Source of the DNA: Planctomycetota bacterium
Lineage (GTDB): Bacteria; Planctomycetota; UBA1135; GCA-002748355
Direction of reading: 5' to 3'
Assembly: GCA_002748355.1 (NCBI GenBank)
Contig: PDSF01000049.1
Coordinates: 7,864 to 71,863, forward strand
Length of the DNA: 64,000 bases
The notes under the pieces: model-generated
Told to the model about the DNA's origin: nothing
Databases searched by the model: none
What the model saw: the letters and a program-made list of their open reading frames with translations, nothing else
Program-made: the position numbers and the translations under genes
Shown: positions 28,398-38,544 of the stretch, one piece after another
How the letters are laid out: every line of letters starts with the position of its first letter
How positions within the stretch are numbered: the stretch's first letter is position 1

Positions 28398-31300
28398 CTA
28401 GTGGAAGCGCTCGTTTAGTTCTTCAGCCTCTCTGGTGGCGAGCGGAGTCTGCTCCGTCGTTTCGAAGTCGATGAGGCTGGGGACCTCATCGATCTCGCTT
28501 CCGCCGGGCATCTCCTCTTCCTCATCCATCTGAATCAGGTCGTCCGACGGTGCCACCAGGTCGCGGATCGCTTCGCTGCTGCTTCCCCGCCTCCTTGCCT
28601 TCCGGCGGCGACGGAACAGGCCTAGCAAGGTCAAGCTGATCAGCAGCAGCAGCGGAGTCAGTGCGATAACGAGCTGCTTGTCTTTGGGCTGCTTCTGAAA
28701 ACGTGCCCAAAGGACTTTTGCCTCGGCACGGACTTTTTCGCCTATGGCTTCGATGTCGATGCCGCTTTCAGGCTGGAGATGGTTGAGAGCTTCCTCTATG
28801 CGGAGAGCAAGAGGTCCGCTTTCTTCCTGCTGGCGTGCGATGAGCGCGGGAATAGCAGAGGTGTAACCGGCTTCGGCCAGCCGTTCGATGGCATAAAGAC
28901 GCAGCCGCTCGATAGGCGAGTTGAGGGCGAGAATCAGGACCCGCGCTTCTTCCTTGGGCTTGAGTTCGGGTGTTAGCCGTTGGAAGGTGCTGGTCAAGGC
29001 GTTGGCGAAACGTTCCCCCGACGGCTGGAGCGTCGAGAGTTCGGGTAGCACCTTACTTTGCTTCCGGTCGCCGAGGACGAGGACGGCGAGGCTACGTTCA
29101 CCAGCTTCGTCTTGGGGGTAGGTCTGGGCCAAGTCGACCAGAGCTTCATCGATGCCGGGAGCCTGGCCGGTGCTCAGGCCTTGAACGGCAAACACACGAA
29201 CCTTGGCGTCCTCGTCCGCGAGCAAGCTGAGCAGGGTCGCGGCCGTGCGCGGGTCACGCATTCGAGACAGGGACCAGGTCGCGCGTCGTCGCAGCTCGGC
29301 GTCAGAACTCTCGCGGGCAAGCCTCGCCAGCAATGGGACACTCTCTTGGTCGCCCAGCTCGCCGAGTCGGTGTGCTGCACGCGCTTGGACCGCTGGGTTC
29401 TTGTCGGCGAGAAGGAGGCGTAGCTCTTCTCGTTCCTTGCTCTCGGCGTAGGCGTCGACGAGCCTCAGGTACTTGTCGAGAGCAAGCTCCTCTTTCTTGA
29501 CGCTCTTGTCCTTGGGCTTGGCTTGCTGGATGTCGGCTGTGGCGGTGACTTCGGGCAAAGCCATGGAACTTCCCTGCCTCCAGCCGCTCCTTGGCTTCGA
29601 AGCGAAGGGCGTGCCGCTGTAGATCTGCCCCAGTGAAGGGCCTTGGGCTTCGTCGAGTCCGGCGACCCAGGGATGACGCAGGGTCAGTCCTTCTTGGGTG
29701 TGGGCGAAGCAGGTGCGTCCGGTTATTCCGGGCTGCTGGGGCCAGGCGAGAGCGATCCAGGATGAGCCGCTGCCTGTCTGAAGGGTGAAGTGATAGCGGT
29801 AGCCGCTGCGGGTGAGAATGTCGTGCTCGTCCAGCTCAGCGGCTTTTGCCGGGAATAGACCGGCATCGACGAGTTGCTTGACGGTGGCCGGTCCCTTCTT
29901 GGTTTCATCGCCGCTCGCAGCTTTGAGCGTGAGCCAGGCCTGCTGGGCCTTGCCTAGTTGCTGGGTGAGTTCGCGGGCCAAAGCTTCGTTGCTAGCGGTG
30001 CGGTGGTGGAGCAGGACCGGTAGTTCGCGAGCCATCCCTAGGCCAAGGGCGACGATGGGGCCCGTGGCGCTTTCGCATGAGAGCTCAAGTCGCTTCTTGC
30101 CGTGGCTCAGCGCGAAGTTCCAGGTCGATGCCTGAGCTGCGAGTTCGGCCAGGCCGAGCTTCCGCTGGGGATCAGCGGCGAGCAGTAGGCAGCGGCCGCT
30201 TTCTTGGCCGGAGAGGGGCCCGCATCTCGGATCCCAGGCCTGTGGATCTGCGGCACTGAGGACCTGCCCGTTACGCAGGTCGCTGAGCCAAGCGTCCATG
30301 AGCTCCTTCTTGCTGGTGAGCAGGAGGTGATCGCCGTGCACCGCAGCAAAATAGTTCTGCTCGCTTTTGCCAAGAAGGGTGAACAGTGGGGTTTCGCCTT
30401 CGGGCGGGATGGCTCCAGTGAGCTTCTCCAGCATCTTTTGCGTTCGGAAGCTGTCGATCAGGGAGACCGCAATCATGTCGGCTTTCCCCAATGCTGGATC
30501 ACCGATCAAGAGGAGCTCATTACCAAGTAGTGCGAGGAGCTCTTCGCGCGAGCTGATCGCATGTTTCGTCTGCAGTTGCTGGACGAGTTCCTGGATGGTG
30601 AATCCTCCAGGAAGCTTGCATTCGCTGTCTCCGAGGCGCTGAAGCAGCTCTTGGGGAAGGATGCGCAGCGCTAGGTAGCGTTCGGCGAGCTTGGGCACGA
30701 GATGTGCCATGTCTTCGGATAGAGCTTCCTCCGACAAGAAGTGGAAGGGAGCGCCGCTTTCATCCGCTAGGGCCAAGCCGATGCGATCGTGGAAACGGTC
30801 TTCCTTCCAGGTGCTTGTCCAGGCGAGGCCAGGGATATCGCATAGGCCGAGCTTGGAGAGCACCGTCCACCAGGCTTCTTCACTGGGAATCTGGCCGAGG
30901 ACCTGACCGCGAACGAAGGCCTGCGCCCAGGTGCCCGTTTCGTTGCGAGGCCTTTCCCCGAAGCTATTGCGGAAGGCCGGGTCGCTGGCCAGCGATTCGC
31001 CGTGGCCTGCTTGCAGCTGGCTCAGTTGCTCAAGGAGAGCGGTGCTGCTGGCAAAAAAGAGGCGCCCTTCGTGTCGCCGTAGCCATATTTTTCCGGGGAA
31101 GCCGAGGGGCAAGCTCAGGCCCCAGCTTGCTGTGCCCTGCTCCTTACCCTCGCTCTTTTGCTGTTGCAGCTGGCCCTGCAGTGTCGCAAGGAGTTCTTCT
31201 GCCTTGCTGGAGAGGTGGATGTGGCCGCTGAAGCCTCTGCCCTTTGGCGTGCTGTACAGGGCCAAGACGGCGCCCTGATCCAGGCCCTCGCTCAAGAGTT

Positions 31301-31580
31301 TGGGGTCGAGGCCGCTCTGCTCAAGAAAGCTACAAAGCGCAGTTTCCACCAGGGTCCATTTGCGAGCGAGTCCACCCTTGCCCTTTCGCCAGCTCTCAAG
31401 GGCTTTGCCGGCTACATGTGTATTTAGGGCAGCGCGCAGGCTGGTCAGGCCTTGGAGGCGAACCCAGATCTGTGCAGAAGCAGGAGTGAGTTCGCCAGCG
31501 GCGATCGGTCTCTCGCTCTCCTGGGCAGAGGCGGAGGAGGTGAGGACGCACAACAGGGCGCTGAGCAGCGTGACTCTCAT
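28398..31580 (-). CDS. Exported multidomain protein: DUF3352-like + pilin-like head + HEAT repeats + TM anchor
   Basis: Signal peptide; SNEA..GYRYHF..AWP..PG.TG segment; PBS/HEAT repeats; TM followed by RRRRK and an acidic tail. Confidence 0.75.
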   Translation of the reverse strand: MRVTLLSALLCVLTSSASAQESERPIAAGELTPASAQIWVRLQGLTSLRAALNTHVAGKALESWRKGKGGLARKWTLVETALCSFLEQSGLDPKLLSEGLDQGAVLALYSTPKGRGFSGHIHLSSKAEELLATLQGQLQQQKSEGKEQGTASWGLSLPLGFPGKIWLRRHEGRLFFASSTALLEQLSQLQAGHGESLASDPAFRNSFGERPRNETGTWAQAFVRGQVLGQIPSEEAWWTVLSKLGLCDIPGLAWTSTWKEDRFHDRIGLALADESGAPFHFLSEEALSEDMAHLVPKLAERYLALRILPQELLQRLGDSECKLPGGFTIQELVQQLQTKHAISSREELLALLGNELLLIGDPALGKADMIAVSLIDSFRTQKMLEKLTGAIPPEGETPLFTLLGKSEQNYFAAVHGDHLLLTSKKELMDAWLSDLRNGQVLSAADPQAWDPRCGPLSGQESGRCLLLAADPQRKLGLAELAAQASTWNFALSHGKKRLELSCESATGPIVALGLGMARELPVLLHHRTASNEALARELTQQLGKAQQAWLTLKAASGDETKKGPATVKQLVDAGLFPAKAAELDEHDILTRSGYRYHFTLQTGSGSSWIALAWPQQPGITGRTCFAHTQEGLTLRHPWVAGLDEAQGPSLGQIYSGTPFASKPRSGWRQGSSMALPEVTATADIQQAKPKDKSVKKEELALDKYLRLVDAYAESKEREELRLLLADKNPAVQARAAHRLGELGDQESVPLLARLARESSDAELRRRATWSLSRMRDPRTAATLLSLLADEDAKVRVFAVQGLSTGQAPGIDEALVDLAQTYPQDEAGERSLAVLVLGDRKQSKVLPELSTLQPSGERFANALTSTFQRLTPELKPKEEARVLILALNSPIERLRLYAIERLAEAGYTSAIPALIARQQEESGPLALRIEEALNHLQPESGIDIEAIGEKVRAEAKVLWARFQKQPKDKQLVIALTPLLLLISLTLLGLFRRRRKARRRGSSSEAIRDLVAPSDDLIQMDEEEEMPGGSEIDEVPSLIDFETTEQTPLATREAEELNERFH

Positions 31581-31733
31581 GGGTGCCATGACTCCGTTTG
31601 CAGGCGTTTCGGTCCCCGGCGGACCACTGGCAGCCCTATCGACGGATACGGCCTCAGGTCTTGAAGGTCGGACTCGACGCAAGAAAGTGATCGGTGCGAC
31701 CGATCAGGTGATTGGCATTCAAGAACTTCGACG

Positions 31734-33260
31734 GTGATGCGTGACTCCTATAGCGGTGGAGTTACGCAGCTCGATATTCCTGCACGAGAAGCCCAGCGCA
31801 TGCACTCGCTAGAGCACCTACGACCGGCTGTGGGGTTGACAGGGGCCCCAGCTTTACGGTCTTGGCTGCTAGCTTTGCCGGTGACCATGGGGGAGGGGGG
31901 GCATACGGGCGAAGCCTGGCTCTGGGGAATCGGGGCTTTGCTCCTGCTCGCTCTGTCCTTCCTTTGGTGGCGGCAGGTCGTTCGCCGTGAACTCTCTAGG
32001 ATTGAGCAACTGCTCGCCACTCACGGATTCGATTGCAAACTCGAGACAAGATCGCGGCTGCACCTAAGGAGACGATCACTTCCGCAGTTATCTGAGCAAC
32101 TTCGAGAGTTCGCCGGCCGTCTTGAATATGAAGCGAGGAGCGCCCGCGCCGACGTGCTGGGGCTTGAGCTGGCTCATGCCAGGCTGCTCGATGTGCTGTA
32201 TTCGATGGCCGAAGGCGTAGTTGTCGTGGATCCGGTCGGTGACGTGCTGATTGCCAATCGATCGGCACGGGCCATCCTTCATCTCAATGAGGGTGCCATC
32301 GGCCAGGAGTTCTTGGCCTGTCTACCGACGAAGGAGGCGGCGCGGCTTGTTGGTGAGATGTTCGAGCGCATCACGGTAGGAAGCGACTTTGAGAGAGTTT
32401 CTGGGGTAGAGCTTGGCGCCAAGATCTGTGAATTGACTTTTGCGCCACTTCGGAGCGATGCCGTGGAGGTAGACGTATCTCTCGGAGCGCTGCAGTCAGG
32501 CTGCGTTGTGCTGATCCACGATGTGACCGATGCCCAGCAAGCGCAGCGAATGAAAGACGAGTTCTTATCCTCGATCTCACACGAACTCCGTACACCGCTG
32601 ACCTCGATTCGAAGTTATGCAGAGATCCTCCTGCACATGACGCCCGAGGATGAGCAGACCTGGAAGGAGTTCCTCGGCATCGTCAATATCGAGGCCGAGC
32701 GTTTGACTCGCCTCGTCAACGAAGTGCTCGACTTGGCCAAAATGGAAGCCGGTGAGATGGAGTTCCAGTTCGAGCCGATTGATGTCGGTCCGCTGGTCGA
32801 AACCGTTGCCGCCGTCTTCGGTCCCATCTTCGAAGAGAACCAGGTTTCGCTACAGATCGATTGCCCGGAACTCCTGCCGGCGATTTGGGTCGATCATGAT
32901 CGTTTGCAGCAGGTCTTGACCAACTTGTTCGGTAATGCCGTGAAGTTCATCGGGACGAACGGCCAGGTCAGCTTGCGGGTATTCCGCCAGGATGAGACCG
33001 CGCATTTGCAGTTCGTTCTAGAAGATGACGGACCCGGTGTTCCGGAGGAACAACGTGAGCGGATCTTCCAGAAGTTCAAGCAGGTCAATGCCGACGACAT
33101 GCTGAACAAGCCAAAGGGCACGGGGCTTGGCCTACCCCTCTGTCGCCAGATGCTGCGAGCGATGGGGGGAGATATCTGGTACGAGGCTTCCGAGAAACTT
33201 GGCGGTGCCGCCTTCCATTTTTGCATTCCCATTAGTGAGGAATCTGCTCGGCGTTGGTAG
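31734..33260 (+). CDS. PAS-domain sensor histidine kinase
   Basis: SHELRTPLT H-box, NLFGNAVKF, DDGPG, GTGLGL; start uncertain. Confidence 0.92.
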   Translation: MMRDSYSGGVTQLDIPAREAQRMHSLEHLRPAVGLTGAPALRSWLLALPVTMGEGGHTGEAWLWGIGALLLLALSFLWWRQVVRRELSRIEQLLATHGFDCKLETRSRLHLRRRSLPQLSEQLREFAGRLEYEARSARADVLGLELAHARLLDVLYSMAEGVVVVDPVGDVLIANRSARAILHLNEGAIGQEFLACLPTKEAARLVGEMFERITVGSDFERVSGVELGAKICELTFAPLRSDAVEVDVSLGALQSGCVVLIHDVTDAQQAQRMKDEFLSSISHELRTPLTSIRSYAEILLHMTPEDEQTWKEFLGIVNIEAERLTRLVNEVLDLAKMEAGEMEFQFEPIDVGPLVETVAAVFGPIFEENQVSLQIDCPELLPAIWVDHDRLQQVLTNLFGNAVKFIGTNGQVSLRVFRQDETAHLQFVLEDDGPGVPEEQRERIFQKFKQVNADDMLNKPKGTGLGLPLCRQMLRAMGGDIWYEASEKLGGAAFHFCIPISEESARRW

Positions 33261-34917
33261 TGCCGGTCATGAGTCCGTGGCGGATTCTCCGGGCAAGTGA
33301 ACTTGCTCCCGGGCGCAAACTGATCGTGAGGCGTGAGCGACCGTTGGGTTTGCTCCATGTGGCGTCCAGGCCAGCGCGGCGCAGAGTTTCGATGACGGGT
33401 AGATCGTCGGTTCCGTAGACGTAGCGTCCGAAAAACCCCTCAAAGCTACGGCCCGCGAAATGCTCGAAACTGCGGCGAATATCCTCTTCGGCATATCCGT
33501 GCTGCTGACGCTGCACTTGCGCGTAGAGACGCCGCAAGACGTCGTCAAAGCTATAGCGATTCGAACTGGCGTGACGTAACTCGATGTCTAGCAGCAGGCC
33601 CAGGCATTCACCTTTGAGGTAGTAATCGATGCGGTCGCGCGCCCCCCAGTATCGACCGTCCCATACCTTCCACGAGGAGTCGGCGACACTGATCCTGCGC
33701 CGCACCGCTTGATTACGCAGTGAGCTATAACGCCGGGCGATATGACGCCAATAGTCATCGGGTTTGATCAGCTGCGTACGAACCAGGCCGAGCGCCGCGT
33801 AATAACTGGTGACGCCTTCGCAGAACCACAGCGCGCTGCTTCGGTTGGGGCCGGTGTAGTCGAAGGGGCCGAGTGCGACTGGCCGCAGGCGTTTTACGTT
33901 CCAGGCGTGGAAGAACTCGTGGGCGATCAGCGAGTCTCCAGGATTCATTCGGCCCGGCCGGCTGCCAGCGCTGCTGATCAGGCCAACGGTCGTGGAGTTC
34001 AGGTGCTCAAGACCACCGCCGCCCGGGATCGTGCACAGGTAGACGTAGCGGTCGAAGGGTAACCCGCCGAAGAGTTCGACATAGTAATTCGAGATGCGGC
34101 GCAGACGCCGGGCAAAAGCCTGGCGGTCGCCCCAGCTAGGGCTCGCGCCAGCGATGGCGACTTCGAAGGGCACACCGCGCAACTTGAAGCTGAAGCTCTC
34201 GAAGAGCCCGAGCTTGAGCGGGCAATCGATAAGGATGTCGTAGTCGCGGGCGACGAAGTGCCAGCGCCCTGGCTCGATATAGCCATGGAGAGTCCCGGCA
34301 GCCCCGCACATGCCGGTGGCGATATCCCAGCTCTTAGGCACTTCGAACTCGATCTCGCATGGCAGGTGGACATGCGAGAACTCGTGGACCAAGAGCTTGG
34401 CGCCGTTGATTTGATAGCTGTAGGCCCCTTGGCTGCGCGGCTTTGGTTTGCCGTCGGCGCCACGAGGGCGGCGCCGGAAGCTGCGTTCGGCAAAGTTCTT
34501 CGCTGGGACCGAGTAGCTGAGTTCGAGGGGGCCGGATGGGATCTTACGGGCGATCCAGACTCCGGGCTGAACTCGCTCAAGAGCACGGGAGCCGAGCTTC
34601 AGCTCCATTATCTGTTTGCCGTAGTTGCGAATCGTATAACTGCCAGGATTCCAGGCCGGAATCACCAAGACCAGGTTGCCGGGTTCTTCGATCTGGACGT
34701 GATAACGAATCTCGATGCGGTTTTGTTCTGGAACAATGCGGCATCGATATTGGGCTGTGCCGCTGAGCTTGGCTGTCGAGATCTTTCGGTAATGAGCCAC
34801 GCGCCTGCTTCGTTCCTGATCCAGGTAGCGCGCTTGCCTTTGGCCTGGGCTCTGCCCGCCGATGCTGGTGGAGACGGCGAGAAGCAAGATGCTGGGGAGG
34901 AGATAGCTGTGGCGCAT
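33232..34917 (-). CDS. M61 family (glycyl aminopeptidase-like) metallopeptidase
   Basis: PAWNPGSY, GGGLEH, HEFFHAWNVKR, LWFCEGVTSYY, DYYLKG; signal peptide. Confidence 0.92.
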   Translation of the reverse strand: MRHSYLLPSILLLAVSTSIGGQSPGQRQARYLDQERSRRVAHYRKISTAKLSGTAQYRCRIVPEQNRIEIRYHVQIEEPGNLVLVIPAWNPGSYTIRNYGKQIMELKLGSRALERVQPGVWIARKIPSGPLELSYSVPAKNFAERSFRRRPRGADGKPKPRSQGAYSYQINGAKLLVHEFSHVHLPCEIEFEVPKSWDIATGMCGAAGTLHGYIEPGRWHFVARDYDILIDCPLKLGLFESFSFKLRGVPFEVAIAGASPSWGDRQAFARRLRRISNYYVELFGGLPFDRYVYLCTIPGGGGLEHLNSTTVGLISSAGSRPGRMNPGDSLIAHEFFHAWNVKRLRPVALGPFDYTGPNRSSALWFCEGVTSYYAALGLVRTQLIKPDDYWRHIARRYSSLRNQAVRRRISVADSSWKVWDGRYWGARDRIDYYLKGECLGLLLDIELRHASSNRYSFDDVLRRLYAQVQRQQHGYAEEDIRRSFEHFAGRSFEGFFGRYVYGTDDLPVIETLRRAGLDATWSKPNGRSRLTISLRPGASSLARRIRHGLMTGTTNAEQIPH

Positions 34918-35078
34918 GAGCAATCGGTGGTTCTTTCAACATCCCGTCAGAGTCCTATCTACTCTTCGGTCCTTGTGGGGGATCTGCAAGCGTGTCGGCG
35001 CGGGGTCCTGCATATGGAAGCAGGCAGAAGTAAGCGGCATCCGCGCGACCCCTGGGCTGGCCTGCTAAGGTTCTCGCC

Positions 35079-36686
35079 ATGGCTCATGACGTCGAGATCC
35101 CTGGTACTGGCTCGGAGCGGCAGCTGCTGCGCACGCTCCTGAGCTTTGTCCTGCCGCTGCTGATTCTCGGGGCGACCTGGCGGATCCTCGCACGCTTCGA
35201 ACCGAGCCCGATGGAGCTGCAGCTCCTCGTCGTGGACCGCTCGAGCCAGGCGCTGCCGCCGTGGACGGGGCTGGGGCTCGATCCTTTTCTGAATGCGCTG
35301 GGCTTCTTTGAGTTGTCGCGGGGATGGCAGCTGGGGATCCTGCTCGGTGTTTATGCCGCTGGCCTGGTCTACCTGGGTTTCGATGCCCTCCTGCGCCGCA
35401 AGCTGTCCTTGGCCGCACTGGCCCCCAGCTTGGCGCTCTACTCCCTGCTCTTGTGGTTTCTCCCCGTCGAAAACGGAGCCCTGGGGCTATCTGGGCTGCT
35501 GTTCTTTCCGCTCGCATGTTTCCTGCGGCGGAGAATGCGAGGGAGCTGGGTTCTGCTCCTCGCTTTTGCCCTGGCTCTGGGCTTATTGCCGCCGCTGGCC
35601 GCGGCGAGTCTCACGCCGAGCCTGGTGCTTTTGATGGGCGGCTTCTTTTCGCCTCGCGAAGAGGGGGACGGTCTGGGACTGCACTGGGCCTGGCTGCTCT
35701 TGGCTCTCGTGCTGGCGCTGGGCCTTGGGAGCTTTCTCTCACAGCAGCGGCTTTTCCGGCCCGTGGACGTCTTTGCCGGTCTGCGCGAGGGCCGCCATTT
35801 CGCCTTCTGGTGGCTCCTGCTGTTAGCCTCAGCTGTGGCTGTGCCGGGGCTCTTTGGCTTCGCGGAACGAGGGCGGGCACCCAGGTTTCTTCGGCTGGGC
35901 TTTTTGCTCCTGAGCTTCCTCTTTGCGGTAAACGCGCGGAGCTCGTTGACGGAGCTGAATCGAGCCTATGAGCAGGACCGGCAGAGTCTTGCTCGGGCGA
36001 TCCAAGGGCTGCAGCCGGGCTTCCCGTGGCTCGTGGTGAACTTGCCCAGTTATCTCCGGCCGCACTTTGCCTCCGCGGTGCCGCCGGCGCAGTGGCCGCT
36101 GGTTCGCAGCCTGTATCTCTTTGACACCGGAGAGCAGATCTTCTTGCCCGAGGAGTTTCGCTTCGAGGGCTGGCTGCCGACCCTGCGCTATACCCGCCGG
36201 GGCTTTGTTGTCAGCAGCTGGGAGGATCTCGGTCTCTTTGGGGCCCCACCGAGTGTCTGGAGCATGGGGAAAGAGACGGCTCCGGAGTCGCTACGAGCCA
36301 TGCTCCAGCTTGGGGACTTGGCCGATGCCAGCGCCAAGCCGGAGTTCAAGGTCTTGCGGGTTGCTCCCCTCAGGGTTCCGGGGCGCTTGAGTCGGCAGCT
36401 CCAGCTCGACTTGGACCTTACGCTGAGTCAGCCGATACGCCTTGGTCTGCTCCTCCCCAGCGAGGCGGCGTCTTGGCGCGAGGGCTTCTCGGGTGAGTGG
36501 CATGCTGGGGGGGCTGCGCCCAGCCCCTTCCTTCCCGAGGTCAGCGAGGGCTTCGTGGCGGGCGATGATCCGCTCAAGCAGGGGCGACTGCGGCTCTTGG
36601 CCAAGGCCCGAGGCTTTGGGCTTATCGTCGAGCTTGTGCCTGAGAACGGCCATGTCCGCGGCCAAATCGTGCTTCCGGCGCATTAG
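35079..36686 (+). CDS. Polytopic membrane hypothetical protein
   Basis: About 10 hydrophobic segments followed by a soluble C-terminal region. Confidence 0.65.
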   Translation: MAHDVEIPGTGSERQLLRTLLSFVLPLLILGATWRILARFEPSPMELQLLVVDRSSQALPPWTGLGLDPFLNALGFFELSRGWQLGILLGVYAAGLVYLGFDALLRRKLSLAALAPSLALYSLLLWFLPVENGALGLSGLLFFPLACFLRRRMRGSWVLLLAFALALGLLPPLAAASLTPSLVLLMGGFFSPREEGDGLGLHWAWLLLALVLALGLGSFLSQQRLFRPVDVFAGLREGRHFAFWWLLLLASAVAVPGLFGFAERGRAPRFLRLGFLLLSFLFAVNARSSLTELNRAYEQDRQSLARAIQGLQPGFPWLVVNLPSYLRPHFASAVPPAQWPLVRSLYLFDTGEQIFLPEEFRFEGWLPTLRYTRRGFVVSSWEDLGLFGAPPSVWSMGKETAPESLRAMLQLGDLADASAKPEFKVLRVAPLRVPGRLSRQLQLDLDLTLSQPIRLGLLLPSEAASWREGFSGEWHAGGAAPSPFLPEVSEGFVAGDDPLKQGRLRLLAKARGFGLIVELVPENGHVRGQIVLPAH

Positions 36687-36857
36687 CCGGGGTTATTGGC
36701 TGCTCTGGCCGGCGTTTCGGGTACCCGTGATTGGCTTGGGCGCCCTGTACTTGGCTATAGCTCCCGTCGCCCCCGCCTTTCGGCGCAGATCGCTTCGGAA
36801 CAAGACCAGTAGCGAGGGGGGGCCCCGATGGCGCAGAATCGCGGCAAAAGGAGTGTC

Positions 36858-38234
36858 ATGAAGACGATCATCGAGCCATTTCGTATTCGTACCATCGAGC
36901 CGATCCAGATGACGACGCGGGAATACCGCGAGAAGGCACTGCGAGAGGCGAACTACAACATGTTCACACTCAAGGCCCGTGACGTGTTGATCGACCTGCT
37001 CACCGACTCGGGCACGGGCGCGATGTCCACCAAGCAGTGGGCGGCGCTGATGTCGGGAGACGAGGCCTATGCCGGCAGCAGCTCGTACTTCGAACTCGAA
37101 GAGGTCGTGCAGGAGCTGACGGGCTTCAAGCACGTGATTCCGGTGCACCAGGGACGGGCTGCTGAGAGAATCCTCTTTGGGCTCATGGGCGCGGAAGGCA
37201 AGACCATCCCTAACAACTCGCACTTCGACACCACGCGCGCGAATATCGAGTTCACCGGCACCAATGCGGTGGACTTGCCCGCGGATGGCGCCTTGGAGCC
37301 GGGGCGTGAGATCCCCTTCAAGGGCAACATGAACTTGGAAGCCCTGCGGGAGCTGCTGGAGAAGACCCCGCGTGAGCAGATTCCGATCGGCCTGCTGACG
37401 ATTACCAACAACACCCTGGGTGGGCAGCCGGTTTCGATGGCCAATATCAAGGCCACCGGCGAGTTGTACCGCGAGTTCGGTATCCCCTTCTTCCTCGACT
37501 CGGCGCGCTTTGCCGAGAACGCGTACTTCATCAAGACGCGGGAAGAGGGCTACGCCGACAAGGACCTGCGTGAGATTGCCCGCGAGATGTTCAGCCATGC
37601 TGATGGCTGCTGGGTCTCGGCCAAGAAGGACGGGCTGGTCAATATCGGCGGCCTCTTGGTGATGAACGATGACGACTTGGCGACGCAAGCGCGCAATATG
37701 CTCATCCTGACCGAGGGCTTCCCGACCTACGGCGGCCTTTCCGGGCGTGACATGGCGGCGCTGGCTCAGGGCCTTCGCGAAGTCACCGACATGGATTATC
37801 TGACCTACCGGCATGCGAGCGCCTGCTATCTCGCCGATCACCTTCAGGAGCTCGGGGTCCCCTCGGTGCGGCCTGCTGGCATCCATGCGGTCTACCTTGA
37901 TGCCAAGGCCTTCCTGCCGCAGATCCCGGCCCACGAACTCCCGGGCCAGAGGCTCTGTTGCGAACTCTACGAAGAGGGCGGTATCCGCCCGGTCGAGATC
38001 GGAACTCTGATGTTCGGCAAGACCGATCCCGCCACCGGAAAGACCAGCACTTCCTCGCTGGAACTCGTGCGCATGACCTTCCCCAGGCGCGTCTACACCC
38101 AGAGCCACTTCGACTGGATCATCGAGTGCTTCCGCGAGATCGTGAAGCGCAAGGACAGCTTGAAGGGCTTCAAGATCACCGAGGAAGCTCCCTTCCTGCG
38201 CGCCTTCACGGCCAAGATGCAGCCGATCGAGTAG
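36858..38234 (+). CDS. tnaA: Tryptophanase-family PLP beta-eliminating lyase
   Basis: EPFRI, DLLTDSGT, GDEAYAG, HQGRAAE, HFDTTR, SAKKDGLVNIGG, VEIG, PRRVYT; AGGAG RBS. Confidence 0.88.
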   Translation: MKTIIEPFRIRTIEPIQMTTREYREKALREANYNMFTLKARDVLIDLLTDSGTGAMSTKQWAALMSGDEAYAGSSSYFELEEVVQELTGFKHVIPVHQGRAAERILFGLMGAEGKTIPNNSHFDTTRANIEFTGTNAVDLPADGALEPGREIPFKGNMNLEALRELLEKTPREQIPIGLLTITNNTLGGQPVSMANIKATGELYREFGIPFFLDSARFAENAYFIKTREEGYADKDLREIAREMFSHADGCWVSAKKDGLVNIGGLLVMNDDDLATQARNMLILTEGFPTYGGLSGRDMAALAQGLREVTDMDYLTYRHASACYLADHLQELGVPSVRPAGIHAVYLDAKAFLPQIPAHELPGQRLCCELYEEGGIRPVEIGTLMFGKTDPATGKTSTSSLELVRMTFPRRVYTQSHFDWIIECFREIVKRKDSLKGFKITEEAPFLRAFTAKMQPIE

Positions 38235-38394
38235 TCGGCGATAGGGGGCAAGATCCCTGACCTTGGCTTCGGGCCCAAGCTAGCGCGCCAGGAGGCCGCT
38301 GCTTTGGGCCCCCGTTGGTAGATGCTGCCTGGCGCAGTCACCAAAGCCTGGGGCTTCGGCAGCCTCTGCAGCCTTGGTCGTTCTCAGTAGGAAA

Positions 38395-38428
38395 GCGGGG
38401 CCCAGGCGCTTATGCGTCTGGGCCCCGC
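38395..38428 (-). terminator. Intrinsic terminator downstream of groEL
   Basis: GCGGGGCCCAGGCGC-TTAT-GCGTCTGGGCCCCGC hairpin followed by TTTC on the minus strand. Confidence 0.65.
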
Positions 38429-38544
38429 CTGTGTTGGTCGGTGAATCCTGGCTCGCAGCTCAGTTGTCGCAGGCCAGGTTCAACGCCCTGCTAGGGATCG
38501 GAAGCGGTCGGCATGGGCCGGGTGCTAGGGACTGGAGGCCGGGC

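Noticed and set aside
33232-33260. 29-nt convergent overlap of the kinase and M61 peptidase genes
   Set aside because: Short tail-to-tail overlaps are common in GC-rich genomes.
36693-38108. 471-aa antisense ORF over tnaA (similar cases at 21192-22538, 55197-56576, 59578-60642)
   Set aside because: Typical high-GC codon-bias mirror ORFs with no recognisable motifs.
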